In this document: piece by piece, positions 37,814 to 51,087 of the stretch
Numbering within the stretch: position 1 is the first letter of the stretch
Layout: each line of letters begins with the position of its first letter
NCBI GenBank assembly: GCA_025201805.1
Contig: MU619366.1
Coordinates: 12,006 to 76,005, forward strand
DNA: 64,000 bases
Direction of reading: 5' to 3'
Origin: Parasitella parasitica NRRL 2501
Lineage: Eukaryota; Fungi; Mucoromycota
The notes under the pieces: model-generated
Database searches by the model: none
What the model saw: the letters and a program-made list of their open reading frames with translations, nothing else
What the model was told of the DNA's origin: nothing
Position numbers and translations under genes: made by a program

Positions 37814-40800
37814 ATGGCACAAGTAAGGATACGTGACACGTCCAAGCAATTTCACCTAATTGATGCAATGTTGAATAGCCAACGCCGCTACCTTTCTTTC
37901 GTCAAAAAAGAATCATATCAAGTTTAAATGTACCTCGTAGATACGAAGCGCCCGTCGCTATATTAAGAGCAACAAGCTTTGTTCCTGCCATGCTCAACGT
38001 TGTTCACAACTTGCGAGAAGCACGGAGAGTTCCCCTGCGAGATGCCGGTGGGCCAATATTAATACAGACAACACAGGCAGAATACTATGTGGCTGTTCTT
38101 TGGGTAGATATTGGCTGGATCAGTGCGCACGCATACTGACTAGTTTTTCATTAGTGCGTACTTGCAGGTTTCTGGAGTTGGGTGCTAGCAACGAGCATGA
38201 TGAAACGGTGGCTGTATCATTATGAAATCAAGCATGCGATCATTCGACTATTGACACTGATAGTTGTAACATGGTGTCTATCAGGACTCATCACGTCAAC
38301 AACCGACCCAACTGATCCTGTTCGAATCCAAATGACGATATGCTTTATTCTTCTGCTATTCAACTTTCTGAAGCTTACATTTGCATCAAGCCCCAAATAC
38401 AGCCAGAAACTCGAAGACGCTCTGCCGACAGCACGCTTCAATCTGAAAAGCACAGCAGTCCGCATACTGCTACTGCCTCTGCTTGCTGTGATGGCGCTAT
38501 CAGCGTTTGTATTGACCGGACAAATCAACCGATTCCAGTACTCATCCATCCTGCTGATGAATCAAAGGCAGTTTGATTTGGACAGCACCGTTAGCTCTAC
38601 TGCCAGCAAAGTCACACTGCTTGTATTAATTGTATCTTCATGGTCATCGCAGGGCGCCGAGAAAAGACAGGTGCTAAGAGACTCATCATTACGTTGGACT
38701 GGCAGAGAAAGTGATACAAACATTATTTATCGTTTTGTCGTTGGCCAGCCGCCATCTTCACGTATCCAATCCTGGATGGGACCAAAGCTTGTGGAAGAAT
38801 CGGACAAATACCATGATTTACTGGTAGTACCAGCTCCTGATCTGCAGTTGGACAAGGGTAAAAAAGTGTACCAAGCTCTCAAATGGGCGTCTGCCGCAGT
38901 AGAGCATGACTATCTCATCAAAACAGACGACGATGTGTTTGTTCGATGGGACGTTGTGCGCAAGGAATTGGGCGCACTGGGGCCTCGGGATAACTATTGG
39001 CAGGGATTCGTTTACAGGTACACTCGAGCCGAGAACGTTCATGCAGAAGGGGGGACACTAACACAGTATTAGAAATATGCCAATCAGCTTTTTCAGCCCG
39101 TCAAAGAGTATGCTTTTGGACTACGGCATGCCAGTTTTGCCCACATTTACTTCTGGCACATTGTATACGCTGTCGAGGAATATCGTAGACTTGATTGCAG
39201 ACATCGACTATCCTCAAAGATTCATAGAGGCAGACGACGTGAATCTGTCTCTGTGGCTGTTTGGATTTGACATTCAACCCTTACACGACAAGCGCATTCA
39301 GGAAAGCCCCGACGTGTGCCAAGAATCAATGATTGCAAAACGAATTTCGTACGACAAATTCAAGGATACCGTCAGCAAAATGTACAGCAATATCCTGCAT
39401 AAAAACCCCCAATGCATGAGCCTCAACAAGCAAAGAAAATGCGCCACTTGCTACCCATGCAATGGCAAATCAGACGACTGGCGATCCAGCAATCTCCAAT
39501 GTGATGCTAGCCGTGGTGTCTCTCTTCTCAAGCAGGAATTTGTCAAAATCCCAGGTCCCATTGTAAAGGACCAGCTTGAGCCGTCTGTCATTGGCGAAAA
39601 TGACCAGTGGATCATCAAGGACATTTTATCTGCAAAGACATCCATTTACACCGAAGATGAGGCCAACTGGCATCTTTTGTATTGGGTATGTTGGACCAGC
39701 GACCCGTCCACCTTCACAGACCGCCACTGGCGTGCGCTTGAGATGGTCTGGATTCATGAGCCTAACGCTGTCATCATTATGATGTCCAACTCGCTGCCAG
39801 AAAACTTTTTCCACGACTACACTCGGCGCGGGTACAACATTCAGGTAGTCCACTTTAACAAGGAGAATCTTTTAAAGTGGAACTGGTACTTTGGCCCAGG
39901 CACACAGGACTGGCTCCAAGACTGGGACAGATGGGAAAAGGGCAAGTTTTTTTACTGGCATTTGACCGACTACATCCGCTGTCTGCTGCTGTACAACTAT
40001 GGTGGCACCTATATGGACATGGATGCTCTGTGGATTCGTATTCCGCCAGATCAGAACCTGGAATTCATTGGGTCCGACTACTCGAGTGTGCACTCTGATC
40101 GCGAGTGGACGTTGGACGACAGAGGTTTGTACTTGCCGCAAGGCTTGATGCGATTCAAACGTGGGTGGAAGCTGTTTCGTGAAATGGCAGAGGGCGCGTT
40201 CTCTGCCTTTAATTACGACCCTGAATGCTTCAACTGCGGTGGCCCCAAAGCCATTACGTCTTATGTGCGTCAGCGCCGTGGGGTACTGGAAGATGCTGGT
40301 TTGACCATTCTACCTCGCAAAGTGCTGTATCCTTTTAGCTATCTCGAAATCCACAAACTGCTGCAGCCTAATCCTTTGGCCGAACAGGAGGTCAAGACCA
40401 AGATCGAGCCCTTCAGCTGGAACATCCATTTGTTTGGCAAGATGACAAACCACTTGCCTGTTCAGCCCAACAGCGTCATAGATTACGTGTTCAAAAAGTT
40501 TGACTTGGATCTACCCCACCGCGATACCAGCTCGCATAAGATCATTTCGTCGACTCAGTCCATGACTGTACCGATGCAGCTGGTTGGTCCCCGTGATTAC
40601 ATTTACAAGGCTGTCTCAGACCGCATGTTGGAGGACGATAAAAAGAAAGGGAATCTGCTTCGACTCCAGCCCACGCCTGGTAAATTCCAGGGCATCCATG
40701 TTATCTACGTTCGAGGTGGTCCTGATCGTATTCCCAAGGTCTCCATTGTGCTGGATACAGCAATCGGACGCACAAGCATCAACAATGGCACCGAAGAGAA

Positions 40801-41074
40801 GCTAACCACGTTTGAACTACACGACGTGTCCATGAAAGAGGTGAATGGTGCATTAAGCTCAATCAAATACAATCCGCCCAAATTGATGCTTGCAAACGGG
40901 GGCCGAGATCGATTAAAGGTAGATGTTACGTACGACTATGGCGGTGGGCGTCTCGAAAAGGGACAGGCGCAAATCACAGTGGTGGTGATGGAGCCTGAAG
41001 AAGAAGATGAAAAATTAGAGGACGAGCAGGAGGACGAGGCGCTCTGGATCAACAAGGCAAAGAAGAAAGACTAG
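37814..41074 (+). CDS. Multidomain membrane glycosyltransferase (~1032 aa): Eos1-like TM domain + GT31 + GT32 + C-terminal Ig/cadherin-like domain
   Basis: Exons 37814-37822, 37879-38103, 38155-39017 and 39073-41074 join in frame (3099 nt). Motifs EYYVAVLWCVLAG...MMKRWL.HY...AIIRLL; LIKTDDDVFV; LTDYIRCLLLYNYGGTYMDMD. Confidence 0.85.
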
Positions 41075-41383
41075 AACAAACTCTCATCAAATCCATTCCA
41101 TTCCAATTTTTTTTTTTTGAATATAGAAGAACTCTTAATACATAGAACAGCGCAAAAAAAAAATAACACTCATTACATCCACACATTACTTGATTTCTGG
41201 AGTTGCAAAATACAGGACTTCATAATATACCGCTACAAGAATTTTGATAAAAAAGTAACGTTTATTAGAACTAGAGGATGGCAATTTTACAGTTTATGTG
41301 AGTGTACACATGTACATAATAGCATTGGGGGGGGGGGAAGGGGGGCCAAGATAAATAGAGATTATATAAAAAAAAAAAAAAAG

Positions 41384-42698
41384 TTATTTTGTGGGTGTTG
41401 GTAAAGCGCCAGCAATGTTCAAGGCTTGTTCCAAGTCCTCTAATAGATCTTCGACATCTTCAATGCCGACACACAAACGGATCAAATCTTCGGGAAGTGA
41501 TCGTTCAGCACGGATATGGGCAGGAATGGAAGCGTGCGACATTCTGCAGGGCATACTGATCAGCGAATTAACGCAGCCAAAAGAGACGCTGATACTCCAA
41601 AGCTTCGTGCCCTCGACAATTCTCTCTGAAATCCCAGTGTCGCCTGTTTCAAAGCTAAGCACGGCGCCGGGGCCAGAGGACATGGATTTGTGTAAGTCGT
41701 ATTGAGGATGCGATAAAAGCCCAGGGAAATGCACCTTGAAGCCTTGAGCCTCCAAGTAATCAGCAATGCGGATGCAGCTCGCTTGCTGTTTGTCCATGCG
41801 GACTGCCAGTGTCTTGACGCCTCGCAGCAAAAGCCATGAGTCGAACGGACTGAGGCCGCAGCCAGTTGCATTGATCACATAGTACAGTTCATCGCCCACA
41901 GAGGCGTTTTTGGCACCGATGACACCGGCCATCAAGTCGTGGTGTCCGGATAGATACTTTGTGCCAGAATGGTACGAGATATCGGCGCCTAGTTCAAGAG
42001 GTCTTTGCAGATAGGGGGACATCATGGTGTTGTCGACCACCACCAACGCATTGGGACAGCGTTCGTGGACGTGCTTTGCGATGGTTGGAATATCAGTGAT
42101 TTTGATGAGTGGGTTTGTGGGGGACTCTAGCAAGACGAGACGGGTTTTGTCAGACAAGTAGGGCAGGATGGACTCGGATTTGGTTGTGTCGATGTGGTGA
42201 GTTTTTACGTTTTGAGATTTGGCAAGAAAGCTCAAAAGACGATTGGTGCCACCGTACAGATCATCACCGGCGATAATCTCCTCTCCAGACCGCACGAGAC
42301 GAGTAATCACATCCAATGCACCCATGCCACTTGTCACAACCAATGCTCTCTCTGCTCCCATAATCTTTGCCAGATGGTTTTCTAAGGGAGGCTGTTAATT
42401 CTAATGTTGTTGATGCCGAGAGCAGCAGCAGCAGCAGCAGCAGCAGCGTAAAAATAAAAATAAAAAAAATCCACTCACCAACATGAGAACGAGTGGGATT
42501 TCCGCTGCGAGAATAATCGTATTCGCCCGAGGCGGTGGCTCCCTTTTGCTTGAATGTAGCTGTCTGATAGATGGGTACAGAAGCGGCATTATGAGGGTCG
42601 TCTGAATTATCTACAGTTACAACCTCAGTTGCGAAGCGATATCTTCTGGGCGCATTAACGACGGAGGCAGCAGGTGAAGATGGCAAAATGTCTGTCAT
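41384..42698 (-). CDS. STR3: Cystathionine beta-lyase (Cys/Met metabolism PLP enzyme), 2 exons
   Basis: PIYQTATFKQ...YDYSRSGNPTR, GDDLYGGT, ESPTNP, VDNTMMSP, HSGTKYLSGHHD and ISVSFGCVNSLISMPC. Confidence 0.93.
42421..42447 (+). repeat. (CAG)n microsatellite in the STR3 intron
   Basis: About 8-9 tandem AGC/CAG units. Confidence 0.9.
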
Positions 42699-42974
42699 TT
42701 TTATATAAAGTAGTTGAATAGCTTTTTTTCTTTTTTTTCTAAAAAAATATTTCTAATGTTTGCTTTATATACAATTGAAGAAAAATATAAAAAAAAAAGA
42801 AAACAAAAAAAAAAAAGATGGAGCATAGAGATTTGATGGAATAGAGAGTTTTTAGAGGGGTTCTTGAATGAGTTCGAACCAATCATATTACTTGTAGATG
42901 GTCAAATCAGTAGCATAATGAGGCGGGAATTAGGGTTTTTTTTTAATGTACTTGAGTCTAAAAGGTATAAAAAA

Positions 42975-45900
42975 TTAGGAGGCAATATGGAATCCCAGCT
43001 TTTTGGTTTTCGGCTCCAATTTCTCTTTGGGGATCCTGTCGTTTGGATTGACAATGGACGGTGTAGAGTGCTTTTGAAACGATTTATCGCTGCTTGTTGT
43101 TGTTGTAAAGGGAATGCATGACGTGGAAAGAGTGATTGTGGCGAAAAGCTCATCCAGCTGCTGCAGCAGTTCAGCCGTGAAGCTCATTTCGAATATCTCG
43201 AGTACGTACTTTCGCACCGGAGATCTGAAATGGTAGCTACCGAGCAGCTGACACACGGAATAGTATAGATCTACGCGCTTGAACGAATCCGGATAAACCT
43301 GTCGTAGTCTAGGAGCACATGTTAGATCCCTACAGATTCAAATGTCGAGGGTTTCTTGTTTACCTTGCAAGATTTTTAGATGCTTCGTTGGCTAGTATAT
43401 GGTTGCTCATATCACCAATGTTCTTGAGAATATCTGCGCCGACGGAATCGGCAGTGGCAGATTTTGGCAGCTGAGGTGGTGCAGACAATGCTGCCTTGTA
43501 TTTCCAATTTCTTATCTATAGTAAATGAATGAGCATGCGTGGCAAACATGCTGTACAAAAAAAAAAAAAAAAAAANNNNNNNNNNNNNNNNNNNNNNNNN
43601 NNNNNNNNNNNNNNNNNNNNNNNNNNNNNNNNNNNNNNNNNNNNNNNNNNNNNNNNNNNNNNNNNNNNNNNNNNNNNNNNNNNNNNNNNNNNNNNNNNNN
43701 NNNNNNNNNNNNNNNNNNNNNNNNNNNNNNNNNNNNNNNNNNNNNNNNNNNNNNNNNNNNNNNNNNNNNNNNNNNNNNNNNNNAAAAAAAAAAAAAAAAA
43801 TCAAGCCGACACAATCAATCACTTACCCCTTCAACGATAGGATATCGCTACTCTCTGCCATTTCCACGATATCCTTGACAATATCCTCTTCCTCCAAGAA
43901 AGGCAAGCCATTCTTGGTAGCGCCGATATTGCCCAACGCCCATAGTACTGCTTTCAATTGTGCGATTGACGCTTCCACTTGGTCAAGCTTGTCAATAGAA
44001 AAGTTGCGCACATAGTTGGAAAACTGCTTAAAATGCCCTCTTTCTCGCAGCAAGCTACATCCCTCGTCGGTTTTGGTCAGCTCACCGTAAAAGTGAGGAG
44101 GCGCCAGACCATCTCCCGGTTTCCTGCACGAAACAAAATGTTAGCTTTGTCCACACAATGACAATGAACCGTATTTTTGAAATACATTACAGTGCTTCAA
44201 AATCATTCTCACTGTCTACCCTTTCTTCAAATGGATTGACCGTCTTTTTCTCGGGTGTATTTATCAATGCTCTCGCCAGCGAAAGTTCTAATTGAATTAC
44301 ATAGTTTTGATTTCCTCTCTACGTTCATATGGTTCAGAGTGTGTGTCTTGTAATCTTTTACTATTCTAGAATGCCTACCTCAAACCAGTCATCCATCTCT
44401 TTTTCCACGTATCCCAAGGCATTCAGGTACCGGAATCCAGTGGATGTCGATAAGAATCTCAGCAGCAGTGGGTTCCCAAGTTCGCCTAAATGGCCCAAGC
44501 TAGGTCTGCACTTGACCAGCAATTCCAGGTTGGCCTGTTTTTCACAAGCTTCATCCAGCAGATTAACTGCAGTTTGACACACATCCATATGCGTATCGTA
44601 CAGCTGTGTAACAAGCAAACGAATGACCCAGTCGTTGTACTCGGCTTCCGACTGTCGCATAATAACGCCAACATGTTGTGTAGCAAACAAACGAATGGGA
44701 TTGTAGCCAGACGTCATGATCTTCGACAGCAAGACTCGCGGGTGGCCATCCAGCGTGTAGTCCAAGTTGGTAATCATCGCTACCTTGAGATCAGTGCGGT
44801 TTTTAAGCTCGGAAATCTGATAAAAGCAGCTAAAGATCTTGAACTTTTCCATGATGCGGACGCCCTCCTTGTACTTTGAAAATGTGCCCAACAATGCAAA
44901 GTATCCGCATGTAAGTGTGCTTTCCATGCGCTCCTTGGAAAAGATGGGCTCTGTTTCTGTATTTCCACTGTTCATCACAAGAGGGTCGAGCTCGTTGAAC
45001 GCAGAGGCAATGTCATTGAGCAGCTTGTTTTCGCTCAGGTACCGCACACCATCAGCGTTCGTGAGCAGCGTCGACAGCAGAGTACAGCCCGTCTTTACGT
45101 AGCGATTAATAGTGCCCTTTGTTGCGTTCATGTCTGAAAACTGGTGCCTGAACGGGCGGTAGAACGCCAACAGACGTTTGATGAACTTTTTGCCCCGCAT
45201 GGCCTCTTCTAGCCGTCGAGGGTTGAGCAGTGGACCTTGCAGCAGCTCTATGACGCTATCCCAATTCCACTTTGTGTAATCTTTGGTATTCAGCACTTGC
45301 GTGTCCATCAACAGCTGTCGGAAATGCGTATCGTCAATGGCATAGCCAATCTTTAATTTGACTTCGTGCACTTTTTCCTGCGTGCGCACCGAGGGTGTGT
45401 TGGACAAAAGCCGCTCGCCTCCCTTGTAGGTTGCCAGTGCAGAGGGTGCGTTTGAAGTCATGTAGCGCGTGCGTGCGCGAGTGAGGCGGTCGATGTGTGC
45501 CAAGGCTGCCGTTGCATTATGCCTCACTTGTTCATCCTGGAAGTTGGATGCTAGTGTGAATAGTTTGGGTAATGACTGGACCTGGATCGCCATCAGAATG
45601 GGTAAAAGACGGGTCGATAGTTGCAGTATTTCACCAATGAGCAGCGTTGCTTTTCTGGACATGTAAATGTCGTCCGACTTGACCATATCTATAAGCGCCA
45701 TGAGGATGTCAGATTCGATAAAGATGATGATGATGATGCTAAGATGGTGATCCAGCATCTTTAACCGCTCTGCGTTGCTGGCAGTAGTCGCCCCTGAATT
45801 CAAGCTACATCTCGCATAGGCGTCAGGACTGATACCGCCAGCCGTCATCAGGTTGGACATGATGGCGTCGTTCAAGACGCTTGCTGGCCCAGGTCGCGAG

Positions 45901-47986
45901 GTCTTTGCCTCTTCAGCTGCTGTGTTGGGCGCAATCTGGACGGTATGTTGTCGGCCGGACAAAAAGCTGTGGTGATCTTTGGGCAGCTTTACACGGAATA
46001 CGTCAAAGAACATGTCCAGTACCAATTTCTGGACATAAAGAAGCCAGCGCATCAATAACCCCATATANNNNNNNNNNNNNNNNNNNNNNNNNNNNNNNNN
46101 NNNNNNNNNNNNNNNNNNNNNNNNNNNNNNNNNNNNNNNNNNNNNNNNNNNNNNNNNNNNNNNNNNNNNNNNNNNNNNNNNNNNNNNNNNNNNNNNNNNN
46201 NNNNNNNNNNNNNNNNNNNNNNNNNNNNNNNNNNNNNNNNNNNNNNNNNNNNNNNNNNNNNNNNNNNNNNNNNNNNNNNNNNNNNNNNNNNNNNNNNNNN
46301 NNNNNNNNNNNNNNNNNNNNNNNNNNNNNNNNNNNNNNNNNNNNNNNNNNNNNNNNNNNNNNNNNNNNNNNNNNNNNNNNNNNNNNNNNNNNNNNNNNNN
46401 NNNNNNNNNNNNNNNNNNNNNNNNNNNNNNNNNNNNNNNNNNNNNNNNNNNNNNNNNNNNNNNNNNNNNNNNNNNNNNNNNNTTTTTTTTTTTAAAAAAA
46501 AAAGAGTATTCGTTAGTGCAACGTGTCATGATATTGGCCTAATGTTTCGTACTTAATTCAGCCAGTGTTTCCAACGCAATATTCCTTAGTCGGCAGTCTT
46601 GTTGCTCGGCAATAGCGACAATAGCCCTGACAATGCCTTGGTTTATATGTCTCACGCCTCCATACTCAATAAATGCTCTGATTAGTTTGACGGTCTGCTC
46701 TCTTTCAGGCTCATAGCCTTCGGGATCACGGGCTAATGCTCTGTTGCATCAGATAGTGAGTATACAATTCGAACAGTGACACATCAGATATATAATGTAC
46801 CTGACACAAAATATATCCAATTGGTGGGCTATCATAATCTCCACATCGTCAGGCCCTTCGACTAGCAATCTCAAAGCACGCAGACCCAAAATTCGAATTT
46901 CTCTATGTGGGCTGATGATAGATTGTCTCAAGCTGTACAAGTAATCTTAGTAATAGCAACAACACTCGTTGGTGTCGTCCCCTGCTACTTGCCTCGTTAT
47001 CAGCTTTTTCTTTGAATAATGCGCTTCAATGCCAGTTGTATTTTTTAATATTCTTATCAGCACTTCGAGTTTTTCCAGCTTTGACTCTTTAACAGCGTTG
47101 GGCGGCGACCGACTCGTATTTACTGTCTTCCATTCATCAATTTCGAGCTGCTGCATGATATGATCTAATCGGTTTCCTATAGGCCAAGCGTCTAAATCTT
47201 ACAATCAATTTACCATCATAATGAATACATCATGCACTGACATACCATCATCTGGGTAAGATATATTCTCCATTGCTGCCTTTTGTTTGCCCTTTGATGT
47301 GCCATTATTCGACCTCAATTTTGAGCGTGATTGTGCTAGTGTGGATGGAGTGATTGCGTCTGAAAAGCTAGTGCCAGCGTATTTATGAGCCTTTAAAAGT
47401 TTGGTGACTTCAATGATGTTGTTTCCTGAATTAGCTATTATTGCGCATGTATAACAGAAGAGGTTAGAAACGGCGTAAGTCTGCGTGTAATTTTTTTTTT
47501 TTTTTTTGCATGTGTCGATATTACCAGCACTAGTCCGCAAGTACTCGATACGTTTTCTTGTGTTTTCGATGGCTTTATTGTACTCTTCTAGCTGCACTTC
47601 CAGCTCTTTGGTTCGCTTTTTGTCTCTTAAGTACACTTCAAGCATATTCTCCACTCCTGATTTCATTTTGGTCTCTTTATCGAGTCGACCAAGCAACTCT
47701 GTCAACTAAAGTGTGTGTGGGGGAGGGGGGAGAGAGAGAGCCATAAAAGCGTGTTATCGCATGTCATATGTGGATACTATCTTTGGGCGTTTACCTCTTC
47801 AACTATTGGCTTGTCTCTCTGCTGTGTCTGCGCTGTTGGACTCGGCAGCGTTGCATTTATCGTGGCCCTGGACGAGTAAGTTGTAGCAATGTCTGAATTG
47901 GGCGACAGGTTGTTGGTGCTCGCCTGCTCGTTTGCGTTGGATTGCTGTGAGGTGGATAATGTACTTAAAGAAGGTGATGGACACAT
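42975..47986 (-). CDS. AVO3: TORC2 subunit Rictor/Avo3 with N-terminal HR1-like coil; multi-exon, contains two gaps
   Basis: ETKMKSGVENMLEVY (HR1), EREQTVKLIR, KWNWD..IELLQGPLLNPRRL, PLLLRFLS..GF.YL, PPHFYGEL and LKAVLWALGNIG. Confidence 0.92.
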
Positions 47987-48096
47987 TTCATTTGTCTAAT
48001 ATGTTTTTTGTCGCTCAGGAATAACAAGAATAAAAAGAAAAATCAGGACAATTCCACGGGCAAATTTATTAAATTTATTCTTGTTGCGACCAGAAA

Positions 48097-48127
<31 letters not shown>

Positions 48128-48183
48128 GATGGGGCTCCATATCACGTGCGTGTGTGTGTGTGTGTGTGTGTGTGTTTGTGTGT
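48097..48183 (+). repeat. (CAG)~9 and (GT)n microsatellites upstream of the Rictor gene
   Basis: Read directly from the sequence. Confidence 0.9.
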
Positions 48184-48311
48184 ACTCAATTTCCCCCCAC
48201 CAGAGGCAGAAATCCAATAAGAAAATTATGCAACCATTTTTTCACTCCTGGCCTTGGCTGTATTATGCAATGAAAGCTATTTCAAGATCTTGCGGAAAAA
48301 AAAATTAACCT

Positions 48312-49172
48312 TTATTGAATGGATTGATATTTAGGCCCTGACCTCTTGTTATTAGCTGCTCTCTCTACGGAAAGAAAAAGAATTGGCTTGGTGTTTGTGC
48401 ATCCATCTCATTCCCAAATAACTTACTAGCTTTGAATTCAGCAACGTCCTTGTTGATTTCAGTCATAACTTCCTTGTAAAGTTGAGGTCTGTAACCCAAG
48501 AAAAACAAGACCTCGAAAAAGACAAAATAGGGCGCTGATACAAGCGCTATGAAAAACAAACGAAATTAGATCCTGGCTCAAAGCAAATGTACTACAAAAA
48601 AGCTATCGTCTACCTTGTACAAGGTTGTCCAGTAGCTTTGGGCTTCTCTTTTCTGCCAAGCCATGTCCCAAGAACTGGAAAATCCACGAAATGATGTGAA
48701 TCGCCAGAGCAATTTTGTTGGCTTTGGGGTTCGTTTCCAAAAATTTGGTCGCTGTATAGCTCATAGCTATCAAGATGGGAGAGGCAATACTCTATTTTTT
48801 TTTCTTTTCAAATCAACACAACCGTGTCTCCACAAACCTTACAAAAAAACCAAACTTACAGCTGCGATGGGGTCCAAAATGGCATAGTAAGTCAAGTAGA
48901 ATATGACTGTAGCAAAGGCTAAATTGGGGCCGAATGGCTTGAGGAATGCAAGGACGGTGCCATCGACATTGAATAGTGGCCCTGTATTGGAAGCAAACAC
49001 TAGAGCTGTAATCGAGCTGAATAAGCAAGCTAATTTTCATACTGCCATGAACTTTACCTGTCCAAAAAATAGAAGGTACAAACACCATATGAATTGCGAC
49101 ATTGATTTTGTTATTGTGATGCGAGCCATACACCACAAGCTGCTTTTTTAAACTAAAGATATCTGCTGTCAT
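48312..49172 (-). CDS. MPO1: DUF962/Mpo1-like 2-hydroxy fatty acid dioxygenase (ER membrane), multi-exon
   Basis: QLVVYGSHHNNKINVAIHMVFVP, WIFQFLGHGLAEKRSPKLLDNL, APYFVFFEVLF.LGY. The last intron (gtaagt...ccgtag) gives the C-terminus ...KRSGPKYQSIQ. Confidence 0.88.
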
Positions 49173-49759
49173 TTGCCTTTGGTGTCAGTTTTGATACAAG
49201 TTTGTTTATTACAAAAAAGAAAAGGAAAGAAGGAAAAAATTAAGAGGGAGTGGTTGGATTTTTTCCGGCATAATTTAACAACAAAAAGGTCTCACAAGAA
49301 GAGCATCAAGTCAACACCTACCAAAATTGGTCAATTATCGATTACAAGTAGCTCATGTCACTTGAGCATATGGCTTCATTGGTTTCGCTGATGCGTTTCT
49401 TATTGACACAAGCTGAATAACTTGAGCGAGAATGCATAAGTAGCTGCTGGCTGAGAAGCGCAAAATGCAAGAATACCACGCATTCTCATTTCAATCGAGC
49501 ATGTGGCATTACAAGGTGTACGATATTAATGTACGAATTTATGGAATTTTGATGCTGGAGTGCATGCAAAAATGCATTGTCCATATGAAAAGGGCAATCC
49601 ATGGCATTTTAAACTTTTCAGCAGCGCTGAAATGTTGCTAATAACCACTTGGGATGAAAATACCATAAAGTGTTGTTCATCTGCATGCCTCCAAACCTCA
49701 TCAGTCGATTACCCTAATATCAAAGTAGTTCAGTGCAATTACAGAGGACAGCAGAGAAG

Positions 49760-50534
49760 CTAAATTCCTTAATAATTTGTCCAGTTCTTTAGTTTCCTAT
49801 TACTGTTATTGTTGAAATATTGTCTTCATACAAGTCTTCAATACAACGTTTCCGCTTTGTCTACATTGGCGTTTCAAATATGTAACAATATTCAGGTTCA
49901 AACTTGCTACCGCTCCACTGTCCCACACTTGAGTTGCGATGTGTTTGAAAAGCTTTGAGGTGGCCACAACACTGGAATCTCTGTCTTGATTACGGGAGCA
50001 ATCTGCAATTGTCCATACTGTCCAAGGTCTTGATTGAACATCAGTAGTAAAGTTGGACGAACATCGGAAATCGATTGAACTTGGATCCTAGTTGGCGTAA
50101 CTGAGCATGTTCATCGAACGGATAGGCATCGAATTGTGTCATTATTTCAATTTCTTCATGTTTGCGTTTTTCCATAAAAATCCTTGAGCTTCTACTGGGT
50201 ATGAACTCATTTGAGCTAGAGGGCACCGACAATTGACAATTGATTGCTCTCCAGGCGTGTAGATGAAGTGAATAAAACGTTCATGGTTTTGCTTCCCAAT
50301 ACTAATTTTGTAACATTGTCTTCATCAATCAAGTATAATGTATGTAGTGGCGTATCTAGATGCAGAAGCTCAGTAAGGGAATCCGAAGGAGATCCAGTCG
50401 TAGTGGGGACGTGTACCCATAGAGTTGAAGGGGAAAGCTAGCAGTGTCGTCCGCTGACCGCAAAGGAGCAAGAGTGCTTGAATGGCCGCCAATTGTTGCT
50501 CCACCATTTGAAATTGTTCCTCAAGAGAGGACAT
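49760..50534 (-). pseudogene. Degenerate TE-like coding relic; the 5' part recalls the gag-like ORF1 of Mucorales DIRS-type elements
   Basis: MSSLEEQFQMVEQQLAAIQ...NSMGTRPHYDW followed by a frameshift and stops. Similarity is from memory only. Confidence 0.3.
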
Positions 50535-51087
50535 GGCAAAGATTATAAAGAAATTATATGTATAATGAATGTATCAATTAAGCAGTAATGACCGAGCAAA
50601 AAAAAAAAAAAAGATTGGTAGTATAGCGTTAACATTTAATCTCTTTATATATCTTTGAATTCGCTATCAAATAAAGGTTCAAGAAGATTCTAACATAATA
50701 CTCTAGTATTAACTGATAACCCTCCTTTACTTGGTCACTTGGGGGTTTTGATTTATCCATAAAAAATGAGGTTTTCAGTTTTTTGACTTTATCAAAACAT
50801 TTCGCGAGACTTTTTTTTTTAGAAAAAATAATACCACATCGTAAAGCCTATCAAGTAGTACATATAACATTAAACAAGTCGAGCACAGTTGTTATGCGTT
50901 TTGTCTCTATAAAATACTTGAGAGTAAAAAACCCGAAAAAAAGTTTTAAAAACACATAACAAAACAGTGGAAACTGTACATTTAAAACGTCGCACTAGCG
51001 AAAGTGAGTAGTAAAATCAATGTTTATTAACAATACTCGAGTATTTTGCAATATTTTAGATAAATTATGTCTGTACATGAGACTCTA

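Noticed and set aside
47996-48308. Short ORFs with poly-Ala/Ser and TH/CV repeats
   Set aside because: Translations of CAG and GT microsatellites.
48365-48430. Mpo1 C-terminus SKLFGNEMDAQTPSQFFFFP from the ORF track
   Set aside because: This stretch is an intron (gtaagt...ccgtag); the spliced end is KRAANNKRSGPKYQSIQ.
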